Assembly (NCBI GenBank): GCA_046566505.1
Contig: JBKHWN010000178.1
Coordinates: 1-45,105, forward strand
Source of the DNA: Gammaproteobacteria bacterium
Lineage (GTDB): Bacteria; Pseudomonadota; Gammaproteobacteria; Pseudomonadales; JADFDG01
Direction: 5' to 3'
DNA: 45,105 nt
Shown one piece after another: positions 19,611-28,270 of the stretch. Under the pieces are notes generated by a model. The model did no database searches, was not told the origin of the DNA, and worked only from the letters and a program-made list of their open reading frames with translations. The position numbers and the translations under genes are program-made. The first letter of the stretch is position 1; each line of letters starts with the position of its first letter.

Positions 19611-20614
19611 TCGGCCATCGGCGCCCGCGCCAATACTGCGCCGTTTTGCCAACAATCCTGTGCTGGCGGCGAGGGCGCGGCATCCATGGGAATCCCGCTA
19701 TGTGTTCAACGCAGCGTCGATTCACCTCGCCGGGAAAGTACACCTGTTGTACCGGGCCATCGGGGATGAGGGATTGTCCCGGCTCGGATACGCGGCCAGT
19801 GCCGACGGCATCCGTTTCGACGAGCGGGGGGATGAACCGGTCTACGAGTCGCGGCCCTGTCCGGTGCCCGTCGCAGGTGTCGAGAAAGCTGCGGCACCGC
19901 ATGCCTCCGGGGGCAGTTGGCACGGCTGCGAAGATCCGCGGCTGACCCAGTTGGCAGACCGGCTCTACATGACCTACACGGACTTCTGCGGCTGGGCATC
20001 GCCGCCGGCCGTGGCCATGACGTCCATCGCGGTGGACGACTTCCTAGCGCGGAACTGGGCCTGGAGTCCGGCGCGAATCATTTCGCCACCCGGCGAGGTG
20101 CACAAGAACTGGGTCGTTTTTCCGGCGATGTTTGGTGGCCGCTACGCGATCCTGCACAGCCTGACCCCTGACCCCTGACGTCCAGATCGACTAAGTCGAG
20201 TCGCTCGACGACTTTTCACCGGAGGTCATCAAGAGCCGTCACCTGCCGGCAGGCTGCGATTCCGCCTGGGATACCTGGATCCGTGGCGCTGGCGCGCCGC
20301 CGGTAGAGACCCATGCCGGATGGATCCTGCTGTACCACGCGATGGATCGCCGCGACCCCGGCCGCTACAAGCTGGGTGCCATGTTGCTGGACCGGGAGGA
20401 TCCCTCCCGCGTGCTGTCACGCCTTCCGTATCCGTTGCTCGAGCCGAATGCGCGCTACGAAAATGAAGGCTTCAAGTCCGGCGTGGTGTACAACTGCGGC
20501 ACCGCGCTGGTCGGGGATCTCCTTCATGTGTACTACGGCGGTGCCGACACCGTCGTTTGCGGCGCATGGATCGGCCTGGACGAGTTGCTGGAACGACTCC
20601 TGGCATCCGTCTAG
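19597..20614 (+). pseudogene. glycoside hydrolase family 130 (beta-mannoside phosphorylase/PH1107-like), frameshifted and with an internal stop
   Basis: NPVL, VFNAA, LLYRA, CEDPR and KNWVVFP motifs in the first half; GAGAPPVET, WILLYHA, GVVYNCG and YYGGADT in the second. Lesions: a 7-bp duplication at 20161-20179 and TAA at 20192. Confidence 0.9.
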
Positions 20615-20662
20615 CCAGGCGCCGTTCCGTCCGGCGTTTCGTTTCGGAAATTCCCTGCGCGG

Positions 20663-21376
20663 TCAGAACGTCCAGGCCAGCGCCAGCATGGTGGTGCGGT
20701 CGCTGTTCTTGGTGCCTGCCGGCGGCTCGCTGTTGCGCTTGATTTCCAGCGAGGTCTTGAACGCCAGCCGGCTGTTCAGCTTGATCGCCAGTTCGCTCAG
20801 CGAGCGGGTGAGGGCGTTGTCCTCGCCGCGGTCGCCTTCGAGCACCTGCAGGAATCGCGTTTTTTCACTGACCTCCCACTCGTACTTCGCCGCTGCATGC
20901 GCGGTTGCCGTTTCGTCGCTGCCGCCCGCGGGCAACTCGTCGTGGCGATAACCCGGACCGGCTTCCATCGACAGCCGGTGGCGTTCAGTGTCGATCAGTT
21001 TTCGGCCGTAACCGATGGAGGCTGACAGTTGCCAGTCGTAGCCGCTGAAACGGTCCTTGTCCCAGGTCGAGCTGATGTACAGGTAGTCGCGCCCGGAAAA
21101 GGACACGTCCTCCTTGCCGCTGAACCGGTAGGCCTCGGCGGTGCGCAGCCCGGATTCCTCGGTGTTCTTCGCACGTGCTTCCAGATTGTGCTTGTAGCGC
21201 CCGTCGGTGCGCGCCATGCGTGTTGCGGCGAGCAGCGACGATGAATTGCTGTTGCCGGCGATATTGGTGAAACCGACGTCGGCGCTGCCCTTCCAGTCGC
21301 CATCGGTGTCGTTTGCGAGAACAGTGCCGGCAGCGGCCAGTGACAGGCCGAGCAGCAGCGGCCGGAAAGCATTCAT
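20663..21376 (-). CDS. DUF481/YdiY family outer-membrane beta-barrel protein
   Basis: Signal peptide; WKGSADVG, DRFSGYD, GYGRK and EAGPGYR motifs; terminal aromatic residue (LAWTF); AGGAGG RBS. Confidence 0.88.
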   Translation of the reverse strand: MNAFRPLLLGLSLAAAGTVLANDTDGDWKGSADVGFTNIAGNSNSSSLLAATRMARTDGRYKHNLEARAKNTEESGLRTAEAYRFSGKEDVSFSGRDYLYISSTWDKDRFSGYDWQLSASIGYGRKLIDTERHRLSMEAGPGYRHDELPAGGSDETATAHAAAKYEWEVSEKTRFLQVLEGDRGEDNALTRSLSELAIKLNSRLAFKTSLEIKRNSEPPAGTKNSDRTTMLALAWTF

Positions 21377-21520
21377 CGGTGTGTCCTCCTGAAAATGGCG
21401 GGTGCAGATGGTAGCGGCCGTCATTCGCCGGCGGCGACAAGGCCGCGTGCGGGGTGTGGTTTTCCGTGGAACCCAACGCCGGCATGCTGTGGATTTACAC
21501 CGGCTTCAGCGTCAGGAGCG

Positions 21521-22228
21521 CTATTTGTCCAGGAGTTGTTCGACGAACGCCGGCACGATCAGTGACGCCCGGCCACGCCGCTTTTCCGCGAAATGGCTGG
21601 CCCCAAGCGAAGGTTCCAGATTGAGTTCCACGGTATGTGCTCCCGAGCGCCGGGCCGCCTGTACGAAGCCGGCAGCGGGGTAGACGTTGCCGGACGTTCC
21701 AATCGAGATGAACAGCGTGCAGCGTGCGAGCGCATGGCTGATCTCTTCCATCCGCAACGGTTCCTCGCCGAACCAGACGATATGCGGTCGCAATGTCCCG
21801 GTGGCGTTGCAGCACGCGCAGCGGTGCCCGGGCGTGATGTCCCCCGCGATGGCGAACACCTCGCCGCTGTGCGCGCAGCGCATCTTCAGCAATTCGCCGT
21901 GCATGTGGATCAGCCTGCCGCTGCCGGCGCGTTCGTGCAGGTCGTCGACGTTCTGTGTCACAAGCAGGAATTCACCCGGCCAGCGGCTTTCCAGTTCGGC
22001 CAGTGCCCGGTGCGCGCCATTGGGCTGGATCGCCGGATCGAGCAGCTGGCGACGGCGCTCATTGTAGAAACGCTGGACCAGCGACGGGTTGCGGGCGAAA
22101 GCCTCGGGCGTGGCGACATCCTCGATGCGGTGGTCTTCCCACAGGCCGTCGGCCGCGCGGAAGGTGCGGATGCCGCTCTCGGCGGAGATGCCGGCACCGG
22201 TCAGGACAACGATGGATTGTTCGTTCAT
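21521..22228 (-). CDS. cobB: NAD-dependent protein deacylase (class III sirtuin)
   Basis: [47 protein letters not shown] and [11 protein letters not shown] motifs. Confidence 0.95.
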   Translation of the reverse strand: MNEQSIVVLTGAGISAESGIRTFRAADGLWEDHRIEDVATPEAFARNPSLVQRFYNERRRQLLDPAIQPNGAHRALAELESRWPGEFLLVTQNVDDLHERAGSGRLIHMHGELLKMRCAHSGEVFAIAGDITPGHRCACCNATGTLRPHIVWFGEEPLRMEEISHALARCTLFISIGTSGNVYPAAGFVQAARRSGAHTVELNLEPSLGASHFAEKRRGRASLIVPAFVEQLLDK

Positions 22229-22244
22229 GGCGAAGCGCTGCTCG

Positions 22245-23135
22245 TTACCGGTCATCCCGGCGACGTGCCTGCAGTCTGGCAAAGAGCGCAGAGGTATCCC
22301 AGCGGCCGCCACCCATATGCTGCACCTCGGCGTACTGGTGGTCGATCTGCCTTGTCAGGGGCAGTTCGCTGCCGTTGCGTGCCGCCTCGTGCAGGCAGAT
22401 GGCCAGGTCCTTGCGCATCCAGTCGACAGCAAACCCGTGGTTGTATTCGCCGGCGATCATCGTCTGGTGCCGGTTGTCCATCTGCCAGGACTGCGCGGCG
22501 CCCTTGCTGATCACGTCGATCACCCGCTGCAGGTCGAGCCCCGCGTTTTCCGCGAACGCCATGCCTTCGGCCAGCCCGGCCAGCACGCCGGCGACGCAGA
22601 CCTGGTTGACCATCTTGGTCAGTTGCCCGCTGCCGGCCGGGCCCATGAGGACGCAGGCTTTCGCATAGCAGCGGATGACCGGTTCGGCCTTTGCGAAATC
22701 CGTTTCGTCGCCGCCACACATGACCGTGAGCTGGCCGTTTTCCGCGCCGGGCTGGCCGCCCGACACTGGCGCGTCGATGAAGCCGGCGCCGCGCCCGGCA
22801 CAGGCCACTGCCAATTCGCGGGCGACTTCAGCGGATGCCGTGGTGTGGTCGACCAGAATCGCTCCGGGCTTCAGGCCTTCCAGCACGCCGCCGGCGCCGA
22901 GCGTTACCGCCCGCAGGTCGTCGTCGTTGCCGACACAGGTGAAGACGAGGTCGGCATCGGTGGCTGCTGATGCCGGCGAGTCGGCCAGCCGGCCGTGGTA
23001 ACGATCCGCCCAGCGGCTGGCGGTGCCGTGCGTGCGGTTCCACACCGTCACCCGGTGGCCGCCGCGCTGCAGGTGCCCGGCCATGGGAAAGCCCATGACG
23101 CCCAGCCCGATGAACGCAACCTTCACGATATCCAT
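22245..23135 (-). CDS. NAD(P)-dependent beta-hydroxyacid dehydrogenase (3-hydroxyisobutyrate dehydrogenase family)
   Basis: [31 protein letters not shown] and DWMRKDL motifs. Confidence 0.92.
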   Translation of the reverse strand: MDIVKVAFIGLGVMGFPMAGHLQRGGHRVTVWNRTHGTASRWADRYHGRLADSPASAATDADLVFTCVGNDDDLRAVTLGAGGVLEGLKPGAILVDHTTASAEVARELAVACAGRGAGFIDAPVSGGQPGAENGQLTVMCGGDETDFAKAEPVIRCYAKACVLMGPAGSGQLTKMVNQVCVAGVLAGLAEGMAFAENAGLDLQRVIDVISKGAAQSWQMDNRHQTMIAGEYNHGFAVDWMRKDLAICLHEAARNGSELPLTRQIDHQYAEVQHMGGGRWDTSALFARLQARRRDDR

Positions 23136-23163
23136 CCTCCCATGACATCCGCCCTCCACAATG

Positions 23164-23191
23164 CAGAAGGCCGGCTTGCGCCGGCCTTCTG
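23164..23191 (-). terminator. hairpin after gltA (terminator or mRNA-stabilising stem)
   Basis: CAGAAGGCCGGC-GCAA-GCCGGCCTTCTG on the minus strand, with a weak U tail. Confidence 0.7.
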
Positions 23192-23192
23192 G

Positions 23193-24482
23193 TTACTTGC
23201 GTTCCGACATCGGCGGATAGTGCCGCTCGGTGGCGCCGGTGTACAGCTGGCGCGGCCGGCCGATCTTGTACGGGTTGGCGATCATCTCGTTCCAGTGCGC
23301 GATCCAGCCGACCGTGCGCGACAGGGCGAAGATCACCGTGAACATGCTGGTCGGGATGCCGATGGCCTTGAGGATGATGCCCGAGTAGAAGTCGACGTTC
23401 GGATAAAGCTTGCGCGCGACGAAGTACTCATCGTTCAGCGCGATCTCTTCCAGTTTCATCGCCAGTTCGAGTTGCGGGTCGTTGATGCCCAGGGTGTTGA
23501 GCACCTCGTGGCAGCTCTGCTTCATCACCTTGGCGCGCGGGTCGAAATTCTTGTAGACGCGGTGGCCGAAGCCCATCAGCTTGGTGCCGTCGTTCTTGTC
23601 CTTGACTCGCTTGATGAAGTTGTCGAGGTTCTTCACGTCGCCGATTTCGTCGAGCATCTTGAGCACGGCTTCGTTGGCGCCGCCATGCGACGGCCCCCAC
23701 AGCGCGGCGATGCCCGAGGCGATGCAGGCGAACGGGTTGGCGCCGGTGGAGCCGGCCAGGCGCACCGTCGAGGTCGACGCGTTCTGCTCGTGGTCGGCGT
23801 GCAGGATGAAGATGCGGTCCATGGCCTTGGCCAGCACCGGGTTGACCACGTACGGCTCGCAGGGCGTGCCGAACATCATTTTCAGGAAGTTCTCGGCATA
23901 GCCGACGGTGTTGTCCGGGTACATGAACGGCTGGCCGACCGAGTACTTGTAGCTCATCGCGGCCATGGTCGGCATCTTCGCGATCAGGCGGAACGCCGAG
24001 ACCTCGCGGCTGTGCGGGTCGTTGATGTCCGTGGAGTCGTGGTAGAAGGCCGACAACGCACCCACGACGCCCACCATGATCGCCATCGGGTGCGCGTCAC
24101 GACGGAACCCGCGGTAGAAGAACTGGAGCTGCTCGTGAACCATGGTGTGGCGGCGCACCATGTTGACGAACTGGGATTTCTGCTTGGCGTTGGGCAGTTC
24201 GCCGTTCAGCAGGAGGTAGCAGACCTCCAGATAGTCCGACTTCTCGGCCAGTTCGGCGATCGGGTAGCCGCGGTGCAGCAGGACACCGTTGTCGCCATCG
24301 ATATAGGTGATCCCCGAGCGGGTTGCCGCCGTGGACATGAACCCAGGGTCGTAGGTGAAGAGCCCCTTGGCCGTCAGGCTGCTGACATCGATGACGTCCG
24401 GGCCCACGGAGCCCGAGTACATCGGCAGCTCGATGGGGTCGCGGCCTTCTATGGTGAGAATGGCCTTCTTTTGCTCGGTCAT
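23193..24482 (-). CDS. gltA: citrate synthase (type II)
   Basis: [34 protein letters not shown] and YPNVDFYSG motifs. Start ATG 24482 (MTEQKKA). Confidence 0.98.
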   Translation of the reverse strand: MTEQKKAILTIEGRDPIELPMYSGSVGPDVIDVSSLTAKGLFTYDPGFMSTAATRSGITYIDGDNGVLLHRGYPIAELAEKSDYLEVCYLLLNGELPNAKQKSQFVNMVRRHTMVHEQLQFFYRGFRRDAHPMAIMVGVVGALSAFYHDSTDINDPHSREVSAFRLIAKMPTMAAMSYKYSVGQPFMYPDNTVGYAENFLKMMFGTPCEPYVVNPVLAKAMDRIFILHADHEQNASTSTVRLAGSTGANPFACIASGIAALWGPSHGGANEAVLKMLDEIGDVKNLDNFIKRVKDKNDGTKLMGFGHRVYKNFDPRAKVMKQSCHEVLNTLGINDPQLELAMKLEEIALNDEYFVARKLYPNVDFYSGIILKAIGIPTSMFTVIFALSRTVGWIAHWNEMIANPYKIGRPRQLYTGATERHYPPMSERK

Positions 24483-24664
24483 GGCTGAGGAACTCCGGCG
24501 GCGTCGGACGGAAGGGCGCCGGCGAGCGAGCGGCCGGGCGGCCTGCGGAAAAGTCGGCGCAAAGTAATGAGTTGGTACGGCTATGTCAACGAAGGCCCCC
24601 GCGCAATCATGACCTGCTGGTCGCGCACTCTGTCCTTGCGCAAAAAACGGGACATTTTTCACGT

Positions 24665-24693
24665 TTGTCAGCGCCTTGGCACAGGTCTATACT
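24665..24693 (+). promoter_or_regulatory. sigma70 promoter of the sdh operon (TTGTCA-N17-TATACT)
   Basis: Near-consensus hexamers with a 17-bp spacer in the gltA-sdhC gap. Confidence 0.7.
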
Positions 24694-24818
24694 CGCCGCC
24701 CGCTGCGGGGGCGGTGCCGTTTTCAGGTCCGTCCGCGACGATTCTCCCCCCTACCGCTCCCCGTCGACGGCTTCCGGTATCGCTCCGGTGGGTGTCGGCC
24801 TCAACTGGAGTGACGACC

Positions 24819-25187
24819 GTGCACGACAAACGTCCCGTAAACCTCGCGCTGGGAACCATTCAGTTCCCTCTGCCGGCCATCGTTTCCCTGCTGCACCGGA
24901 TATCCGGTTTCGCCCTGTTTGGCCTGGTGCCGCTCGTACTCTGGGCCTGGCAGCAGTCGCTGGCCTCCCCGGAAGCCTTTGCCGCCCTCGGCGACTCCGT
25001 CCTCTTCAAGCTGGCGCTCATCATCACGCTTGCCGGCACCGTCTACCACACGCTGGCCGGTTTCCGGCACCTGGTGGCGGATGCCGGTGTTGGCGAGTCG
25101 CTGCCGGCAGCCCGTGCGTCGGCCATCGTGACGCTCGGTCTTTCCGCCGTACTGGTCGTCGCGCTGGGGGTTTGGATATGGGCATGA
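24819..25187 (+). CDS. sdhC: succinate dehydrogenase cytochrome b556 subunit
   Basis: KRPVNL, SLLHRISG and YHTLAGFRHL motifs; GTG start after GGAG. Confidence 0.95.
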   Translation: MHDKRPVNLALGTIQFPLPAIVSLLHRISGFALFGLVPLVLWAWQQSLASPEAFAALGDSVLFKLALIITLAGTVYHTLAGFRHLVADAGVGESLPAARASAIVTLGLSAVLVVALGVWIWA

Positions 25188-25567
25188 TCAACGCCACCAC
25201 GCTGGGCCGTAACGGGGTCCAGGACTGGGTGATCCAGCGCATCAGCGCCGTCATCCTGGGCGTCTACACCATCGGCCTGGTTGGCTGGTTCGTCGTCCAG
25301 TCGCCGGTCGATTACGCCACCTGGCACGCCCTGAATACCTGCACGGCGATGCGCATCGTCAACACGCTCGTGCTGCTCTCGCTGGTTGCCCACGCCTGGA
25401 TCGGCGTCTGGAGCATCCTCACCGACTACGTGACCCCGGCCCGCATGCAGACCGTCGGTCTTGGCGACTACGCCACCGGGATGCGCCTCGTGCTGGAGGC
25501 CGTCGTGTTCCTCTGGCTGTTCGGTTCCCTCGCCTGGGGCGCCGTCATCATCTGGGCGGGAGTCTGA
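25184..25567 (+). CDS. sdhD: succinate dehydrogenase hydrophobic membrane anchor
   Basis: GRNGVQDWVIQRISA and HAWIGVWSILTDYV motifs; ATGA overlap with sdhC. Confidence 0.95.
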   Translation: MINATTLGRNGVQDWVIQRISAVILGVYTIGLVGWFVVQSPVDYATWHALNTCTAMRIVNTLVLLSLVAHAWIGVWSILTDYVTPARMQTVGLGDYATGMRLVLEAVVFLWLFGSLAWGAVIIWAGV

Positions 25568-25572
25568 ACCCC

Positions 25573-27342
25573 ATGCAGAACCTTCGAACGATTTCCTATG
25601 ACGCTGTCATCGTCGGCGGCGGTGGCGCAGGCATGCGTGCATCCCTGCAACTGGCCCGTGCCGGACTCAAGGTCGCGGTGCTGACCAAGGTGTTCCCGAC
25701 CCGCTCGCACACCGTGGCGGCGCAGGGCGGCATTGGTGCCTCCCTCGGCAACATGAACGAGGACAACTGGCACTACCACTTCTTCGACACCATCAAGGGC
25801 TCCGACTACCTCGGCGACCAGGATGCCATCGAGTACATGTGCCGCGAGGCGCCGCGGGTCGTGTACGAACTCGAGCACATGGGCATGCCGTTCGACCGTA
25901 ATCCGGACGGCACCATCTACCAGCGTCCGTTCGGTGGCCATACCTCCAACTATGGCGAGAAGCCTGTCCAGCGCGCCTGTGCCGCGGCAGACCGTACCGG
26001 CCACGCCCTGTTGCACACGCTGTACCAGAACAATCTGGCGGCGAAGACGAAGTTCTACGTCGAGTGGATTGCCCTGGATCTGATTCGCGACGCCGACGGC
26101 GATGTCCTGGGCGTGACCGCGATCGATCTCACGACCGGTGAGGTCGCTGCCTTCCAGGGCAAGTGCACGCTGTTCGCCACCGGCGGTGCCGGACGCATCT
26201 ATGCCGCGTCCACCAACGCCTACATCAATACCGGCGATGGCCTCGGCATGGCCGCGCGCGCCGGCATTCCGCTGGAAGACATGGAGTTCTGGCAGTTCCA
26301 CCCGACCGGCGTGGCCGGCGCCGGCGTGCTCCTGACCGAGGGTTGCCGCGGTGAGGGCGGCCTGCTGCGCAACAAGGCCGGCGAGCGGTTCATGGAGCGC
26401 TATGCGCCGAACCTCAAGGACCTCGCGCCGCGTGACTTCGTCTCGCGCTCGATGGACCAGGAAATCAAGGAAGGCCGCGGCTGTGGCCCGAAGGGTGACT
26501 ACGTCGTGCTCGACCTGACCCACCTGGGCGTCGACACGATCATGAAGCGCCTGCCCAGCGTCTACGAGATCGGCAAGAAGTTCGCCAACGTGGACTGCAC
26601 CAAGGAACCGATCCCGGTCGTGCCGACCATCCACTACCAGATGGGTGGTATCCCGACCAACATCCATGGCCAGGTCGTGGCGCCGAAAAATGGCGAGCCG
26701 AACACCGTCGTCAACGGCTTCTACGCGATCGGCGAGTGCTCCTGCGTGAGCGTGCACGGCGCCAACCGGCTGGGCACCAACTCGCTGCTCGACCTGATCG
26801 TGTTCGGCAAGGCCGCCGGCGACCACATCATCGACCAGGTAATGAAGGAGCCGCGCGCGCACAAGCCGCTGCCCAAGGACGCGCTGGACGTTTCCTTGTC
26901 GCGCATCGCCAAGCTGGATGCTTCCAAGTCCGGTGAGTACGCGCAGGATGTTGCCAACGACCTGCGTGCCAGCATGCAGGCGCATGCCGGCGTGTTCCGT
27001 ACCCAGCAGATCATGGACGAGGGCGTGAAGAAGGTCCTCGAGATCGATGCGCGCGTGAACAACCTGCACCTGAAGGACAAGTCCAAGGTCTTCAACACCG
27101 GCCGGATCGAAGCGCTGGAAGTGGAAAACCTGATCGAGGCCGCGAAGGCGACCATGATCTCCGCTGCGGCGCGCAAGGAGAGCCGTGGTGCGCACGCCCA
27201 CGACGACCATCCGGAGCGCGACGACGAGAACTGGATGAAGCACACGCTCTGGTACCGGGACGGCAATCGCCTGGATTACAAGCCGGTGAAACTGAAGCCG
27301 CTCTCCGTCGAGAGCATTCCGCCCAAGAAACGCACGTTCTGA
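25573..27342 (+). CDS. sdhA: succinate dehydrogenase flavoprotein subunit
   Basis: GGGGAG, RSHTVAAQGG (FAD-His), QFHPTG, HYQMGG and HGANRLG motifs. Confidence 0.98.
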   Translation: MQNLRTISYDAVIVGGGGAGMRASLQLARAGLKVAVLTKVFPTRSHTVAAQGGIGASLGNMNEDNWHYHFFDTIKGSDYLGDQDAIEYMCREAPRVVYELEHMGMPFDRNPDGTIYQRPFGGHTSNYGEKPVQRACAAADRTGHALLHTLYQNNLAAKTKFYVEWIALDLIRDADGDVLGVTAIDLTTGEVAAFQGKCTLFATGGAGRIYAASTNAYINTGDGLGMAARAGIPLEDMEFWQFHPTGVAGAGVLLTEGCRGEGGLLRNKAGERFMERYAPNLKDLAPRDFVSRSMDQEIKEGRGCGPKGDYVVLDLTHLGVDTIMKRLPSVYEIGKKFANVDCTKEPIPVVPTIHYQMGGIPTNIHGQVVAPKNGEPNTVVNGFYAIGECSCVSVHGANRLGTNSLLDLIVFGKAAGDHIIDQVMKEPRAHKPLPKDALDVSLSRIAKLDASKSGEYAQDVANDLRASMQAHAGVFRTQQIMDEGVKKVLEIDARVNNLHLKDKSKVFNTGRIEALEVENLIEAAKATMISAAARKESRGAHAHDDHPERDDENWMKHTLWYRDGNRLDYKPVKLKPLSVESIPPKKRTF

Positions 27343-27381
27343 TGCGGACTTTCTGAGCGAAGCATTCCGGAGACAGAGACG

Positions 27382-28089
27382 ATGGCCGACGTACGTACCT
27401 TCGAGATCTACCGCTACGACCCGGACAAGGACGCAGCGCCCTACATGCAGACCTACACGCTGGAGCTCGACGGCTCCGAGCGCATGCTGCTGGATGCCCT
27501 CATCCGCCTGAAGCAGCAGGATGAGACGCTGAGCTTCCGCCGTTCCTGCCGTGAAGGCATCTGCGGATCGGACGGCGTGAACATCAACGGCAAGAACGGC
27601 CTGGCCTGCCTGGCCAGTCTCGCGGAGTTGCCGAAGAAGATTGTCGTGCGCCCGCTGCCCGGCCTGCCCGTTATCCGCGACCTGGTCGTGGACATGGCGC
27701 TGTTCTACCGGCAGTACGAGAAGGTCAAGCCTTACCTCATCAACAACACGCCGCCGCCGCCGACGGAGCGCCGCCAGTCACAGGAGGACCGCGAGAAGCT
27801 CGACGGCCTTTACGAGTGCATCCTGTGCGCCTGCTGTTCGACGTCCTGCCCGTCGTTCTGGTGGAACCCGGACAAGTATCTTGGGCCGGCGGCCAACCTT
27901 CAGGCCTATCGTTTCCTGATCGACAGCCGGGACGAGGCCAGGGCCGAACGCCTGGCCGACATGGATGACCCCTTCAGCGTGTTTCGTTGTCACGGGATCG
28001 CCAACTGCGTGAACGTGTGTCCCAAAGGCCTCAACCCCATGCGGGCCATTGGCCACATAAAACACATGCTGCTGGATCGCGGTATCTGA
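27382..28089 (+). CDS. sdhB: succinate dehydrogenase iron-sulfur subunit
   Basis: SCREGICGSD, CILCACCSTSCP and CHGIANCVNVCP Fe-S motifs. Confidence 0.98.
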   Translation: MADVRTFEIYRYDPDKDAAPYMQTYTLELDGSERMLLDALIRLKQQDETLSFRRSCREGICGSDGVNINGKNGLACLASLAELPKKIVVRPLPGLPVIRDLVVDMALFYRQYEKVKPYLINNTPPPPTERRQSQEDREKLDGLYECILCACCSTSCPSFWWNPDKYLGPAANLQAYRFLIDSRDEARAERLADMDDPFSVFRCHGIANCVNVCPKGLNPMRAIGHIKHMLLDRGI

Positions 28090-28098
28090 GCGCAGACT

Positions 28099-28132
28099 GA
28101 AGGGCACGCCTCGGCGTGCCCTTCGTTGTTTT
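28099..28132 (+). terminator. terminator-like hairpin after sdhB
   Basis: GAAGGGCACGCC-TC-GGCGTGCCCTTC followed by GTTGTTTT. Confidence 0.75.
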
Positions 28133-28270
28133 CGGGGCAAGCCTTCGCGTCGGTGACGGCTTGCTTCCTGCAGGCGCAGGTCTCTCACGGCGCCCGGGGA
28201 AAAGGGTTTACACTTGACCGCCCGTCGGCGTAGACGGGGTGCGGGTGTCGACAGAATCGAAGAGTGAACT

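Larger units (their letters stand above)
17320..20650. mobile_element. decayed tRNA-Ala-associated genomic islet
   Basis: Integrase stub right after the tRNA, a lower-GC Fic/DUF6088 block and two broken genes. No duplicated tRNA 3' end (att) was found, so the right boundary is approximate. Confidence 0.7.

Noticed and set aside
20161-20179. Phase-variable switch or programmed frameshift in GH130
   Set aside because: Only about 2.7 repeat units, and an in-frame TAA at 20192 would still stop the restored frame.
17206-21520. Intact prophage or integrative element with attL/attR at tRNA-Ala
   Set aside because: The integrase is truncated and I found no repeat of the tRNA 3' end (TTAGCTCCACCA) downstream.
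25468-27243. Long antisense ORFs (also 5466-7739, 22995-24488, 38404-40242 and others)
   Set aside because: These are shadow frames of well-identified genes, produced by high-GC codon bias, and carry no motifs.
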